This document shows positions 63,914 through 64,000 of a DNA stretch of 64,000 nucleotides, one piece after another. Every line of letters begins with the position of its first letter. Within the stretch, counting starts at the first letter, position 1. The notes under the pieces are model-generated. The model was not told where the DNA came from. It did not search any database and was given only the letters and a program-made list of their open reading frames with translations. The stretch lies in assembly GCA_965113315.1 (NCBI GenBank), contig OZ220364.1, one strand, 5' to 3'. Source of the DNA: Podarcis vaucheri. Taxonomy: Eukaryota. A program made the position numbers and the translations under genes.

Positions 63914-63920
63914 TACTCAC

Positions 63921-64000
63921 TGTCCTCCTCTGTCCGTTGTTCCATGTTCAAGGTACGAACTTTAACTTTCTCCAAGGCACCTGGTGACCGCCTTGGAGTC
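63921..64000 (-). CDS. RNF123: RNF123 exon n-16, truncated by the window edge (TPRRSPGALEKVKVRTLNMEQRTEED)
   Basis: GACA|gtgagt donor; phase-1 join to 62830 gives Ile; EKVKVRTL motif. Confidence 0.93.

Overview
Vertebrate genomic DNA from a squamate reptile, most likely a lacertid lizard, judging by the Sauria/Squam-type SINEs, CR1/L1/L2 LINEs and hAT/Tc1-mariner MITEs. The window is the conserved GMPPB-RNF123-AMIGO3 locus. (1) The last 7 coding exons of GMPPB lie on + (2089-6206, 290 aa; the 5' exons are upstream of the window). (2) The last 17 coding exons of RNF123/KPC1 lie on - (64000 down to the stop at 8306, about 614 aa including the C3HC4 RING), tail-to-tail with GMPPB across 2.1 kb. 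(3) AMIGO3 (29942-31525, +, one coding exon) is nested antisense inside a 31.5-kb RNF123 intron (16757-48244). All 24 GMPPB/RNF123 exons were traced by hand, and every boundary that lies inside the window has a GT-AG site with consistent phase. The remaining sequence is intron with many transposon relics and microsatellites. I found no new protein-coding system; almost all short ORFs in the track are spurious. The best candidates for undescribed biology are: a predicted AMIGO3 promoter and 5' exon creating a spliced 40-codon uORF over the first ATG; a 33-nt poison/re-splicing candidate exon in the giant RNF123 intron; an L1 insertion with ORF1 joined directly to the end of ORF2; a MITE inserted into the last base of a GMPPB splice donor; a 136-bp hairpin hAT MITE family with co-varying arms; probable overlapping GMPPB/RNF123 3' UTRs; and a possible stop-loss extension of AMIGO3. 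Family names for repeats come from recalled motifs, not from a database search.
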